In this document: positions 10,698 through 20,164 of the stretch, piece after piece
Numbering within the stretch: position 1 is the first letter of the stretch
Layout: every line of letters starts with the position of its first letter
IMG/VR virus record: IMGVR_UViG_3300046820_002137
Span: 56,574-120,573 of that record
Origin: a virus
DNA: 64,000 bases
Strand: one strand, 5' to 3'
Notes under the pieces: generated by a model
Told to the model about the DNA's origin: nothing
What the model saw: the letters and a program-made list of their open reading frames with translations, nothing else
Database searches by the model: none
Made by a program: the position numbers and the translations under genes

Positions 10698-13130
10698 TTA
10701 TGATGAACAACCAAAACATTCAAACTCAGAATTTGCGGGTTTCGGTGGTAAATTCATGTTACTATAATCAACCTTTGGTGGTTCAGGTGTTACATTTGGT
10801 TTTGATACTTTTGATATATCTACTGCCAAGTGTTTTGCTCCCGTTGAAATTGCCTTTGTTCTAACATAGTAACAAAGTGTTTTCAGTCCCTTTTCCCATC
10901 CATAGAAGTGAGAAGACGATATCTTAGAAAGAGTTGGATTACCCATATAGATATTCATTGATTGTGATTGGTCAATAAAAGGAGCTCTGTCAGCCGCCAT
11001 CTCAATTAATTCCTTTTGTGAAATTTCCCAAATTGTTTTGTATTTTGGGATTAGATGTTCAATTCTTTTAACTTTCTTATTGTATTGTTTGTCCTCGGGG
11101 TCAAGGTAGTTATTGAAATTAATTCCCTGAACTGAACCTTCATTAAGAATAATTTCATTCTTTAGGTCTTCTCCCCAAATACCAAGCTTCTCAAAATCGT
11201 TAATCAAATACTTGTTAACAATCATAATCTCACCACCAACAACTCTTCTATTAAAAATGGCCGAGTGAGCGGGTTCTGTCATTTCATATGACCCTGTAAT
11301 CTTGGCAGATGACGCGACAGGCATTTGAGCGGTGAATAAAGAGTTACAAACACCATACTTACTAACATTCTCCTTCAATATCCCCCAAGGCCATCTTCCT
11401 GACAACTCGTCTTCTTTAAGTCCCCACATATCAAACTGAAATATTCCGTTTGACATTGGTGACCCTTCAAAAAAGTCATACGGTTTATATTCACCATCAA
11501 TACATAGTCTGTTACTTTCAGTGATGGCCGCAAAATAAATTGTTTCAAAAATTTCTTTATTAAGTTTTTTGGCTTCGTCAGATGTAAAGATGTAGTCCAT
11601 CAAATAAAATACATCGGCAAGACCCTGAGTTCCAATGGCAATTGCTCTTTGTTCACGTCCACCCTTGTTTCCTTTTTCAGTTGAATAGTTGTTAATATCT
11701 ACAACTTTGTTTAACGCCCTTACAACTTTACGGGTTTCTTCATACAACAACTGATGATTAAAATCTCCGTCTTTAATGAAGTTCTTTAATACCATTGATG
11801 ACAATGTACAAATCGCAGTTGTATCTTCATCTGTATATTGGTAAATCTCATTACAAAGATTTGACTGTTTGATTACACCGATATTTTGGTGGTTTGTCTT
11901 TTTGTTCGCGTTGTCCTTTGAGCAAAGATATGGAACACCAGTCTCAATTTGAGATTCAATAATCTTGGACCAAATTTCTTGGGCTTTAACTTTTTTACCA
12001 AGTCCTAATTCAACTGCTTTATTATAATTTTCTTCATACTCATCCCCGTAACATTCTTGGAGGGGTTTAACACCCGCTTTCTTAATATCATTCGGACAGA
12101 ACAAATACCAATCACCATTGTTCTTAACAGCTTTCATAAAGTTATCGGGAATCCAAAGAGCCGTAAATAAGTCACGAGCTCTTAATTCTTCAGCACCTGT
12201 ATTCTTTTTAATATCCAAAAGGTCAAAAATATCTTTGTGCCAAGGTTCCAAATAAATTGCCGCTGAACCAGGACGACGACCTTGTTGATTAAAGAAACGA
12301 AGTGATTCATTGACAATCTTCAAATATTTCAAAAGTCCTCCGGCAAATCCACCTGATGATGAGATACGGCTTTCTTTACTACGAATATTTGACATAGAAA
12401 GACCAATACCTGCAGCATCTGATGAATATGTTGAGATGTCTCTCATTGTATTCAAAAGACCTTCTCTTGAGTCCGCATCATTAAAGTGAAGAACACAAGA
12501 GGCGAGTTGTGGAACCTTTGTACCGGCATTAATCATAATTGGTGTTGCCGGTGAAATAAGTTGACTTGAAAGTGATTTGTAGTATTCAACAGCTTGTTCA
12601 AATGATTTAGTTACCCAAATTGCAACACGCATGTACATGTGTTGTGGTCTCTCGATTGTTTTACCACTTGGTAGTTTCAAAAGATACATCTCTTGTAATG
12701 ACCTCCAAGCAAAATAATCAAAATTATAATCATTGTCGTGATTAATAACTTCATCAACATTAGATGGTCCGTAACTGCTAATCATATTTATAAACTCCTC
12801 ATTAACAATTCCTTCTTTGTAAAGTGCCATCATAGTATTTGAGAAACTTGGGTTTGTTTCTTTATGATAAGATGAAATTGCAACAGATGACGCGAGTCTA
12901 GAATAATCGTGGTGACTACCAGTATAAGCGGCGGCTATTTCATAAATTAATTTATCCAAATCTTTGGTCATAATCTCACCTTCGGTTGGTACCGAAGTGA
13001 TTACTTTAATAAAGATTTCGTCCGAATTTACGTTCAAACCTTTCGCCGCTCTTTTAATTCGGTTATATATTTTCTGTGGGTTAAATGACGAGTCCTCCCC
13101 ACTTCTTTTTTTAATTTTTAAAGACATCAT
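10698..13130 (-). CDS. nrdA: ribonucleotide reductase class Ia alpha subunit with ATP cone
   Basis: N-terminal ATP cone (IKKRSG...), ERPQHMYMRVA, QSNLCNEI, FIDQSQSMN, GLKTLCYY, C-terminal CxxC. Confidence 0.97.
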   Translation of the reverse strand: MMSLKIKKRSGEDSSFNPQKIYNRIKRAAKGLNVNSDEIFIKVITSVPTEGEIMTKDLDKLIYEIAAAYTGSHHDYSRLASSVAISSYHKETNPSFSNTMMALYKEGIVNEEFINMISSYGPSNVDEVINHDNDYNFDYFAWRSLQEMYLLKLPSGKTIERPQHMYMRVAIWVTKSFEQAVEYYKSLSSQLISPATPIMINAGTKVPQLASCVLHFNDADSREGLLNTMRDISTYSSDAAGIGLSMSNIRSKESRISSSGGFAGGLLKYLKIVNESLRFFNQQGRRPGSAAIYLEPWHKDIFDLLDIKKNTGAEELRARDLFTALWIPDNFMKAVKNNGDWYLFCPNDIKKAGVKPLQECYGDEYEENYNKAVELGLGKKVKAQEIWSKIIESQIETGVPYLCSKDNANKKTNHQNIGVIKQSNLCNEIYQYTDEDTTAICTLSSMVLKNFIKDGDFNHQLLYEETRKVVRALNKVVDINNYSTEKGNKGGREQRAIAIGTQGLADVFYLMDYIFTSDEAKKLNKEIFETIYFAAITESNRLCIDGEYKPYDFFEGSPMSNGIFQFDMWGLKEDELSGRWPWGILKENVSKYGVCNSLFTAQMPVASSAKITGSYEMTEPAHSAIFNRRVVGGEIMIVNKYLINDFEKLGIWGEDLKNEIILNEGSVQGINFNNYLDPEDKQYNKKVKRIEHLIPKYKTIWEISQKELIEMAADRAPFIDQSQSMNIYMGNPTLSKISSSHFYGWEKGLKTLCYYVRTKAISTGAKHLAVDISKVSKPNVTPEPPKVDYSNMNLPPKPANSEFECFGCSS

Positions 13131-13149
13131 AGTTTTAAAAGATAATCAA

Positions 13150-14097
13150 TTAAAAGTCGTCCGTAAAGGACAATGTTTCGTTCAACTTTGCTTTTTGGTA
13201 CTCAACAGTTCTTGATTCAAAAAAGTTACCTTTTGTTTCAACTGCAATTTGTTCCATGAATTTAAATGGTTGTTCAACATTAAATTGTTTCTTACATCCC
13301 ATCTTAACAAGTAGACCATCGACCACAAACTCAAGATATTGTTTCATAAGGTTTGAATTCATTCCAATAAGTGAAACAGGAAGTGATTCTGTGATAAACT
13401 CTTTTTCAATTTCAAGTGCCGACAACAAAATTTCTTTAATTCTCTTTTCACTTGGTTTATTTTCACAATGGTTATTCAAAAGATGAATTGCAAAATCACA
13501 GTGTAGATTTTCATCCTTAAAAATAAGTGAATTAGCGTTACATAAACCTTGCATAAGTCCTCTTGACTTGAGCCAAAAAATTGAACAGAATGAACCTGAG
13601 AAGAAGATTCCTTCTACCGCCGCAAATGCCACAAGTCTTTCTTGAAACGATGCGTTTGTAATCCAATCAAGAGCCCACTTAGCTTTCTTTTGGACTGCGG
13701 GAAGTCTGTCAATTGCATGGAAACATTCGTCTTTTTCTTTTGGATTTGACACATAGGTATCAATCAAAAGTGAGTACATTAGACTATGAATGTTTTCCAT
13801 TGCAAGTTGGAAACCGTAAAAGAATTTTGCTTCAGGATATTGTACTTCTCGGTAGAAATTTTCAGCCAAGTTTTCGTTAACAATTCCATCTGATGCCGCA
13901 AAGAATGATAGAACATTCTTAACAAAGTATTGTTCATTTTCTGAAAGGTTTTCCCAATCACGAATATCCCCTGATAAATCAACTTCTTCTGCCGTCCAAA
14001 ATGCCGCTTGATGCATTTTATAAAATTCCCATATATCGTTATGTTCGATAGGAAATATTACAAACCTATTTGGGTTTTCTACTAAAATCTTTTCCAT
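13150..14097 (-). CDS. nrdB: ribonucleotide reductase class Ia beta subunit
   Basis: [43 protein letters not shown] diiron motifs. Confidence 0.97.
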   Translation of the reverse strand: MEKILVENPNRFVIFPIEHNDIWEFYKMHQAAFWTAEEVDLSGDIRDWENLSENEQYFVKNVLSFFAASDGIVNENLAENFYREVQYPEAKFFYGFQLAMENIHSLMYSLLIDTYVSNPKEKDECFHAIDRLPAVQKKAKWALDWITNASFQERLVAFAAVEGIFFSGSFCSIFWLKSRGLMQGLCNANSLIFKDENLHCDFAIHLLNNHCENKPSEKRIKEILLSALEIEKEFITESLPVSLIGMNSNLMKQYLEFVVDGLLVKMGCKKQFNVEQPFKFMEQIAVETKGNFFESRTVEYQKAKLNETLSFTDDF

Positions 14098-14102
14098 ATT
14101 TA

Positions 14103-15485
14103 TTAATTATTTTGTTGTTCTCTTTGTTTTCTTCTTTCGAGTAAATCTTTTACTCGTTGTCTCTGTTGTTCTTCTTTCTGCTCCTCAAGTCCTAAGAATG
14201 TTACTGAACTTTCGGTATCTATTTCTAACATACCGTTATCGAACTTACAATTTTCAAATACAATACCGTCATCACCAATTCTTGATTTGGTTATGGCAAT
14301 TGTAGCAAGTTTCATCTCTTTTTGTTGTAATGTTTTAGCAACAGAGATAATAACGTGACCAACTTGAGCTTTCTTAATTGACCCTCCCATTTGGTCTGTT
14401 GTTACAACCTCAGAAGAGATTGAACTTCTATTACCCTGTGTTGCCGTCCATCCAACTAAATTTAACTCGTGACACATCGCCTCGAAACCTCTCATAACCG
14501 AACCTTCACTCTTCCACTCATCACCCAAATTTTTATCAGGCACAATACAGTCGATATAATCTAATACAATCATATCTAATTTAACACCATCTGCAATCAT
14601 CTTACGAATTTGATTTTTGATTTGCAGTATTGTTAAAGTATCAGATGGTAGTTTCTTTAAGATGAGTCGATTTTCCATCTTACTCTGTACCTCTCTAACC
14701 TTATCCATTACCTCATCTTTCTTATTTGATAACTCATCAGGGTGAACCTTTGTCCAAAGTGTGATGTGTTTACGTTGGATAATTTTAGGGTTATCCTCGA
14801 AGAATATTTGAAGTACGTTATATCCCAAATTAAATGCGTGGTTTGATATTTTGGTTAAGAATGTAGATTTACCTACACCTGTAGGGGCTAAGATAACACC
14901 TAATTCCCCTTTTGCCAAACCTCCCTTCAAAAGTCTATCGATTCCCGGTATTCCCATTGGAATCGGGTGACGATAATCCTCATTAAGTACATCATCCAAA
15001 TTAGAGAATACGTCCGACATCCCATCCTCTCGTTCCCCAACTTGAAGGGCCTCTCTAACTAATTCTTCGAGTTTATCATAACTTTCAAACTCACCACCAT
15101 CAATAACTTTTTGAGCTTTAGTAATGGCTTTCTGTAGTTCTTGTTGTTTACAAAACTTGAGAGCCTTTTCTTGAATGAAACCACTACCTTCAATTGGTGA
15201 ATCTTTAATTTTTGTGATGGTATCCAACACAATCTTAGACGCCAATTCTTGTTGTAGTTCCGACTTAGTTATCTGTTCTAATGTATCAAAAGTTGGTACG
15301 TGTTCGTATTTGGAATAGTACTCCTTAATCATTTGCAAGATGATTTTGAAGTACTTATTTTCAAAATATTGTTGTTCTATAACGTCAATTATGGACCTTC
15401 CGAACTCTTTATCAATAATGATTTGATTCAATAATTGTATTTGAAAAGAAGACCCTAAATAATCGAAATTTTTGTTTGACGCCAT
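14103..15485 (-). CDS. dnaB: replicative helicase, DnaB / T4 gp41 family
   Basis: Walker [30 protein letters not shown]. Confidence 0.92.
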   Translation of the reverse strand: MASNKNFDYLGSSFQIQLLNQIIIDKEFGRSIIDVIEQQYFENKYFKIILQMIKEYYSKYEHVPTFDTLEQITKSELQQELASKIVLDTITKIKDSPIEGSGFIQEKALKFCKQQELQKAITKAQKVIDGGEFESYDKLEELVREALQVGEREDGMSDVFSNLDDVLNEDYRHPIPMGIPGIDRLLKGGLAKGELGVILAPTGVGKSTFLTKISNHAFNLGYNVLQIFFEDNPKIIQRKHITLWTKVHPDELSNKKDEVMDKVREVQSKMENRLILKKLPSDTLTILQIKNQIRKMIADGVKLDMIVLDYIDCIVPDKNLGDEWKSEGSVMRGFEAMCHELNLVGWTATQGNRSSISSEVVTTDQMGGSIKKAQVGHVIISVAKTLQQKEMKLATIAITKSRIGDDGIVFENCKFDNGMLEIDTESSVTFLGLEEQKEEQQRQRVKDLLERRKQREQQNN

Positions 15486-15514
15486 AGTAAATTTTTGTTC
15501 GTTTTTGATAAATA

Positions 15515-15967
15515 TTATCGCTTAGTACTAATTCCCGCGAATTCAAAAGTTAAATTTTTCGCTGAAAAAATGTCAGTAAGTGATGAAAGCAAACTTTTTA
15601 TATGAGGGCGGATATCTACGGTGTATCTTATTTTAGGAGGGAAAATCTTAGCATCAATCTGACGATGACAAATTGTCATGTCCCCATGTTTAATAAAGAT
15701 GTTAAAGTGTTCTGGTCCGTCGGTATATGACGTATCCAAAATAGATGGATTACCCTGAATCTCATAAGAATTTTCAAGCATATAATCCACAGTTTTCATT
15801 TTCAAACGATGCATGAGAGTATTTTTAAATTCTAAAATAAACTCATAAAGTTCGGATGAGTATTTCGCTTCGGGGTTGTAATCACGAACATTAAAATACC
15901 TCTGAACGATGATGTTATCGTTAACCATCATCAAAAACTCAAGTTTTGTTAAATCTTGCTCTTTCAT
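15515..15967 (-). CDS. hypothetical protein (150 aa) in replication operon
   Basis: ORF fills the gap between the 5' nuclease and the helicase. Confidence 0.65.
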   Translation of the reverse strand: MKEQDLTKLEFLMMVNDNIIVQRYFNVRDYNPEAKYSSELYEFILEFKNTLMHRLKMKTVDYMLENSYEIQGNPSILDTSYTDGPEHFNIFIKHGDMTICHRQIDAKIFPPKIRYTVDIRPHIKSLLSSLTDIFSAKNLTFEFAGISTKR

Positions 15968-15973
15968 AAAAAA

Positions 15974-16978
15974 TTACTTTTTGGTTTTAAATTGTTTTTT
16001 TTCTTTTCTTGTTAATTTCATAAACGGTTTTACGAAGTTTACCCACGCTTCATCATGTTTTGGGAGAAATTTGAAGAACCCGTCCTCCATCATCATACGG
16101 ATTAGGTTTCTATGTCCTCTCCCCTCGGGGTCTAATGTTTCACTATAATATAATTCGACTATTTCCTTACCTTCCTCTGTGATTAACGGATTAGACAAAT
16201 CCACGATTTTGTTGTTAATCTCAAAAAATTCATTTCCATAGATACCTGATTTTGTTTTACCTGAAAGTAAGTTTTGTAATATTTTGTTCTCTTTGTCCTC
16301 GGTAAGTAATACCTCGGCTCTTGTTAAAATATCGTTAAAAGAAACCTCATGGTCAAGTATCTCGGGAAATAATTTGACTAAAGTTTTTTCACCCAAATAA
16401 TATATACCATCAATATTGTCCGATTTATCACCTGACAATATTTTATATGTTTTTACATTATAGTGTGGAATTTCAACCTCATGTAGTTTGATAAAATCAC
16501 CTTTCTTATATGTTAATCTCTTACTAGGTGAGTATATAGAAACGTTCTCAGATATTAGCTGGGTTAGGTCCTTATCACTCGAGAAAATGGTTATATTCTC
16601 GTTGTTTGCAATTTGACAATAATACGCAATAAGGTCATCCGCCTCATTGTTGTTAATATCAACTTGACGAACAAACATCTCTTCAAGATATTGTTTTACC
16701 CTATGTTTTTGTTGGTAAAACGACTCTTCTTTAAAGTCATATCCAGGTTTTCTGTTCTCCTTGTATTGGGGGTAGATTATTTTTCTTGTAAGGGAACTAC
16801 CTTCTCCATCCCAAAACACAACTACTTTATCAAAGTTTTCTTCTTCGATAAATCGTCGGGTAGTATTTAGAAAATGCCAAATACCCCCAACGTGTTTACC
16901 TTCGTGAAAGAAATCTTTCACACCATGAAATCCAATTTTTAATAAATTGTTTCCGTCAATTAATAATGTTTTGGTCAC
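15974..16978 (-). CDS. 5'-3' exonuclease / flap endonuclease (PolI 5' nuclease, T4 RNase H-like)
   Basis: LLIDGNNL, YKENR, EADDLIA, SSDKDLTQL, GDKSDNIDG; GTG start. Confidence 0.92.
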   Translation of the reverse strand: MTKTLLIDGNNLLKIGFHGVKDFFHEGKHVGGIWHFLNTTRRFIEEENFDKVVVFWDGEGSSLTRKIIYPQYKENRKPGYDFKEESFYQQKHRVKQYLEEMFVRQVDINNNEADDLIAYYCQIANNENITIFSSDKDLTQLISENVSIYSPSKRLTYKKGDFIKLHEVEIPHYNVKTYKILSGDKSDNIDGIYYLGEKTLVKLFPEILDHEVSFNDILTRAEVLLTEDKENKILQNLLSGKTKSGIYGNEFFEINNKIVDLSNPLITEEGKEIVELYYSETLDPEGRGHRNLIRMMMEDGFFKFLPKHDEAWVNFVKPFMKLTRKEKKQFKTKK

Positions 16979-16989
16979 CTTTTATTTAA

Positions 16990-18000
16990 TTAAGGTTCGA
17001 CTTCTTCTTTCAAATCAAAATCCAAATCAGACACACCCAAAATATCTTTCCAATATTCCGCATGTTCTTTTTTGTAACTTTCAATGGATGCCTTTTCTTC
17101 GGCTGGTTCTTTACCCGCCATAAATCCATGTGGTGTAACTATAATTTTACCATCCTCATAACCTAATCCATTGATGTGGTTTTTAAGTACAGATACTTTG
17201 GTACGAACCGCAAATTTAACAGTTCTCTTATCTTTTGTGGCGGTAATCTTTGTAGTACCAGCACCTTTTTGATTACCAAACAAAAATACCAAAGATGAGT
17301 TCAACCAAATCGCTTCACCACCTTTTGCCTTAATTTTTGGTTGTCCAAAAGGATTATCAGGAAGTTCAACCCAAGGCTGATTAACAATAACGAGTGTGTT
17401 TTCAAACTTTGAGTCAGCTTTACGACTACCTGAAATTCGTTGGTTAATACCCATACCAATCTTGTCGGCAAGAACCGAGGCATTGTGTTGTTTACCACCT
17501 TTACCTTCAAAGGTCATCTTACAAGGAACTGAACCAACAGAATCCCAAAGGAATAATAAACTATAGTCCAACTCACCTTTTTCTTGAGCGTCCAACAAGT
17601 TGTTTATATATTCTGTGATTTGTTCAATATAATCGAAGTTATTATTAAATAGATAAAATCCATCCCAATCAATCTCACCTGTTGATTCATCAACAACTTC
17701 TTCACATTGAAAACCCATAATGCGAGCGTGTTCAAATGACCACTTTTGTTCGGTAATAATGAACACAGGAAGAATTCCTTTTTTCTGAGCGTCAACCGCG
17801 GCCTTTACAAGTGCGGTAGTTTTACCTGTGTCTGAGTGACCTAAGAACATATTAATATGTCCTATGGCCGGTCCAGGAATTCCAACCGCATCCAAAAATT
17901 CTGTACCCAAGTCAAAATACCTTTGAGGTTTGTATTTTGCTGAAGTAGAGAACTTAGATTTGATTGAATCTAAACCTAATTCTTTTTTCTTAATTGCCAT
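16990..18000 (-). CDS. recA: RecA/UvsX-type recombinase
   Basis: Walker A GHSDTGKTT, LWDSVG, VNQ, KGGEA, KNHI; ATG at 18000 preferred to the track's 18051 because it avoids overlap. Confidence 0.9.
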   Translation of the reverse strand: MAIKKKELGLDSIKSKFSTSAKYKPQRYFDLGTEFLDAVGIPGPAIGHINMFLGHSDTGKTTALVKAAVDAQKKGILPVFIITEQKWSFEHARIMGFQCEEVVDESTGEIDWDGFYLFNNNFDYIEQITEYINNLLDAQEKGELDYSLLFLWDSVGSVPCKMTFEGKGGKQHNASVLADKIGMGINQRISGSRKADSKFENTLVIVNQPWVELPDNPFGQPKIKAKGGEAIWLNSSLVFLFGNQKGAGTTKITATKDKRTVKFAVRTKVSVLKNHINGLGYEDGKIIVTPHGFMAGKEPAEEKASIESYKKEHAEYWKDILGVSDLDFDLKEEVEP

Positions 18001-18001
18001 A

Positions 18002-18226
18002 TTAACTATATTTCTTAAATTGTTGTAGAGCATCCAGCTTATCTTTAGCACTAGCCAATTGGTCTACGAATTTATCCATCTCCTCTAAGTGTTGGGGATG
18101 TTCTCCGATACCCACAGGATTATTAAGATAAATCATGAGAGTTGCCTCGGCTTCTGAAATTTGGGCGGAGTACTTATTGGTCAACGCCTCATACAATTTT
18201 TGAGTAATTTTTTCTTGATTTGACAT
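18002..18226 (-). CDS. small helical hypothetical protein (74 aa)
   Basis: YLNNPVGIGEHPQ turn between two amphipathic helices; tightly packed in the operon. Confidence 0.7.
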   Translation of the reverse strand: MSNQEKITQKLYEALTNKYSAQISEAEATLMIYLNNPVGIGEHPQHLEEMDKFVDQLASAKDKLDALQQFKKYS

Positions 18227-18240
18227 TTTTAAAAGGTATT

Positions 18241-18269
18241 AAAACTACCCCATATTTCAGGGGTAGTTT
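18241..18269 (-). terminator. hairpin / probable terminator after SSB gene
   Basis: aaactacccc-N8-ggggtagttt inverted repeat. Confidence 0.65.
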
Positions 18270-18287
18270 GATTAATATTTTTTTTTA

Positions 18288-19139
18288 TTAGAAAGGTAGG
18301 TCGTCAGAAGGTTCGTCTTCAGATTGTGGGTCAACAATTGTTTTCTTTCCACCCATAGACATGGTTTCCTCTAGTTCACTTCCGTAGATGTACTTACCTG
18401 CGTCAGAATCCCAACGTGGAACTTCACCACGAGCAATTGCCTCGAGATATTCAGCCGGCTTCTTAGAATATACATCACTCCAACCCAACTCATCATTCAC
18501 CCATGTTTCTTTGGTTTCCTTATCATCATGAAGTGGTGATGGGTCGTCGTGCATAATTGTTTGAATAACTGTATACGTTGCGCCTTTTGGAGTTTTCGCT
18601 TTAGTCAACTCAAGAATAATATCTCTACCATTTTCAGGGTCAGTGATATCTCCCTTTTGACGGAAAATTGGAATGATTTTATCCAAAATACCTTCGTTCT
18701 TATAGTTGTGCTTAAAACGCCAGAACTTAACACCATCTTGTTCGTTGTCACGGTCGATTACCTTAACAATATAGAATTTACGTGGTTTATACTGTTTTGC
18801 AAGCTCCTTATCAGACTCTTTTCCCGTTGACATGAGTTCTTCATAAACTTCTGACAATGGAGAACGCTCGTTGTCATTTTTACCTGGGTCGAAAAACTTT
18901 TGCCATTTTCCATCAACTTGAACTTCGTGAAACCATACTTCTTTGAATGGTGAACTTCCATCTTTTGTTGGGAGGATTCGGAGTCGTTTTTGACCTTGTT
19001 TCTCGTTATCCTTAAGGATAGCCGCGAAATACTTTTTCATTCTTTCATCTTGAGACATTTTTGAGGAGTTAGATGAACCTCCTTGTTTTGAATTTTCGTA
19101 CTGCGAAAGAATCGCATCTAAAGAATTGTTTGTCGCCAT
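18288..19139 (-). CDS. single-stranded DNA-binding protein, gp32-like
   Basis: LRILP, FKEVWFH, GDITDPENGRDI motifs; acidic tail ending DDLPF. Confidence 0.85.
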   Translation of the reverse strand: MATNNSLDAILSQYENSKQGGSSNSSKMSQDERMKKYFAAILKDNEKQGQKRLRILPTKDGSSPFKEVWFHEVQVDGKWQKFFDPGKNDNERSPLSEVYEELMSTGKESDKELAKQYKPRKFYIVKVIDRDNEQDGVKFWRFKHNYKNEGILDKIIPIFRQKGDITDPENGRDIILELTKAKTPKGATYTVIQTIMHDDPSPLHDDKETKETWVNDELGWSDVYSKKPAEYLEAIARGEVPRWDSDAGKYIYGSELEETMSMGGKKTIVDPQSEDEPSDDLPF

Positions 19140-19167
19140 AATAATTAAAATTTAAAATTGTTTATTA

Positions 19168-19196
19168 ATAATAAGTGTCAGCCTTTGTTTTGTCAA
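19168..19196 (-). promoter_or_regulatory. sigma70-like promoter for the replication operon
   Basis: TTGACA (19196-19191), 17 nt spacer, TATTAT (19173-19168), just downstream of a terminator and 28 nt before the SSB start. Confidence 0.7.
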
Positions 19197-19199
19197 ATT

Positions 19200-19224
19200 A
19201 AAAAGGGGTCATTTGACCCCTTTT
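19200..19224. terminator. bidirectional intrinsic terminator
   Basis: aaaaggggtca-tt-tgacccctttt. Confidence 0.8.
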
Positions 19225-19225
19225 A

Positions 19226-19891
19226 TTATCTTACCTCGGTGAAGTCTCCCGATTCCTCATCTCCAAAATCTCTAAAACTTTTTTTGATATCTATAGGTGA
19301 ATAACCTTCAACATCATCCTGTGTTAGAATATAATCATTTTTTCCTGATTTTTCCAAATCAATTTCTTTATCCTCAAAAAAATCACTTAGTTTTTGGTTA
19401 AACGGTCCTGAATCTAAACTACGTAATTCAAGTTTTTCCTCAGGAGTTTTTGTTCTATATTTTTCAACTTTAGCCTCTAAATCATTTAATTTGGTAACGA
19501 TAGAATCCATATTAGATAGTTTACTTTCTAACTCTTCTAAGTGTTTGAATAAGTTATCAAAGTATTCTTCTTGTTTTGTTTCAATATTTTTTTGTGACTT
19601 AACTAAATCTGTTATTTCAAGTTCTTCTCCTTTTGCTTTACCTTCCTCATCTCCAATTTTTTCAACATCTGGGTCGGTTGCAACATCCACAGGTTGTGGA
19701 GCCGCGGTTTCAGGTGCTGCCGGAGGTGGTGGAGCCGCACCTTCTGCGGGTGGTAATGCTCCCGGGTCACCAGGTGGTGGGGGAACCGCACCTGGGTCCG
19801 CTGGTGGTGGAGGTACATCCTGTTCAGTGATATAATTATTTATTTCGTTATATCTTTTAATTTCATTTAAAATTTTTAAATCTACTCTCAT
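19226..19891 (-). CDS. proline-rich acidic coiled-coil protein (possible head core/scaffold protein)
   Basis: PPPPADPGAVPPPPGDPGALPP segment followed by a heptad region; N-terminal I-x-E motifs. Confidence 0.55.
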   Translation of the reverse strand: MRVDLKILNEIKRYNEINNYITEQDVPPPPADPGAVPPPPGDPGALPPAEGAAPPPPAAPETAAPQPVDVATDPDVEKIGDEEGKAKGEELEITDLVKSQKNIETKQEEYFDNLFKHLEELESKLSNMDSIVTKLNDLEAKVEKYRTKTPEEKLELRSLDSGPFNQKLSDFFEDKEIDLEKSGKNDYILTQDDVEGYSPIDIKKSFRDFGDEESGDFTEVR

Positions 19892-19895
19892 TTGT

Positions 19896-20120
19896 TTAAC
19901 CGTTTAAAAGTTGTTTAACTCCATGTAAAGTTTCTACTTGGATTTTTTTATTAATATTCATGGTATTATCTACTCTCTCGATTAGACCATCTTTCATTCT
20001 CACGGTGTAACAATCACCAGTGTCTAAATCACATACCTCTTTGAATCCGCCGCCAGCGTCTCTTTCGGTTATTCTAGTATTTTTTCCCAAATACCTGTCT
20101 AAAATTTCTTTAGTATTCAT
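19896..20120 (-). CDS. hypothetical protein (74 aa)
   Basis: ORF with TATTTAT element upstream; EVCDLDTGDCYTV. Confidence 0.65.
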   Translation of the reverse strand: MNTKEILDRYLGKNTRITERDAGGGFKEVCDLDTGDCYTVRMKDGLIERVDNTMNINKKIQVETLHGVKQLLNG

Positions 20121-20164
20121 GGTTTTTTATTTATAAATATCTTTATTATGATAAAAATTGTTAC

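Noticed and set aside
10698-14097. Eukaryotic or giant-virus origin suggested by the RNR type, SNF2, PLOD and GT60 genes
   Set aside because: No introns; operonic overlaps, intrinsic terminators and myophage tail genes throughout
14097-14103. TATTTAT next to the nrdB start
   Set aside because: On the non-coding strand and overlapping the start/stop junction; likely chance, and a reminder of the motif's AT-rich background rate
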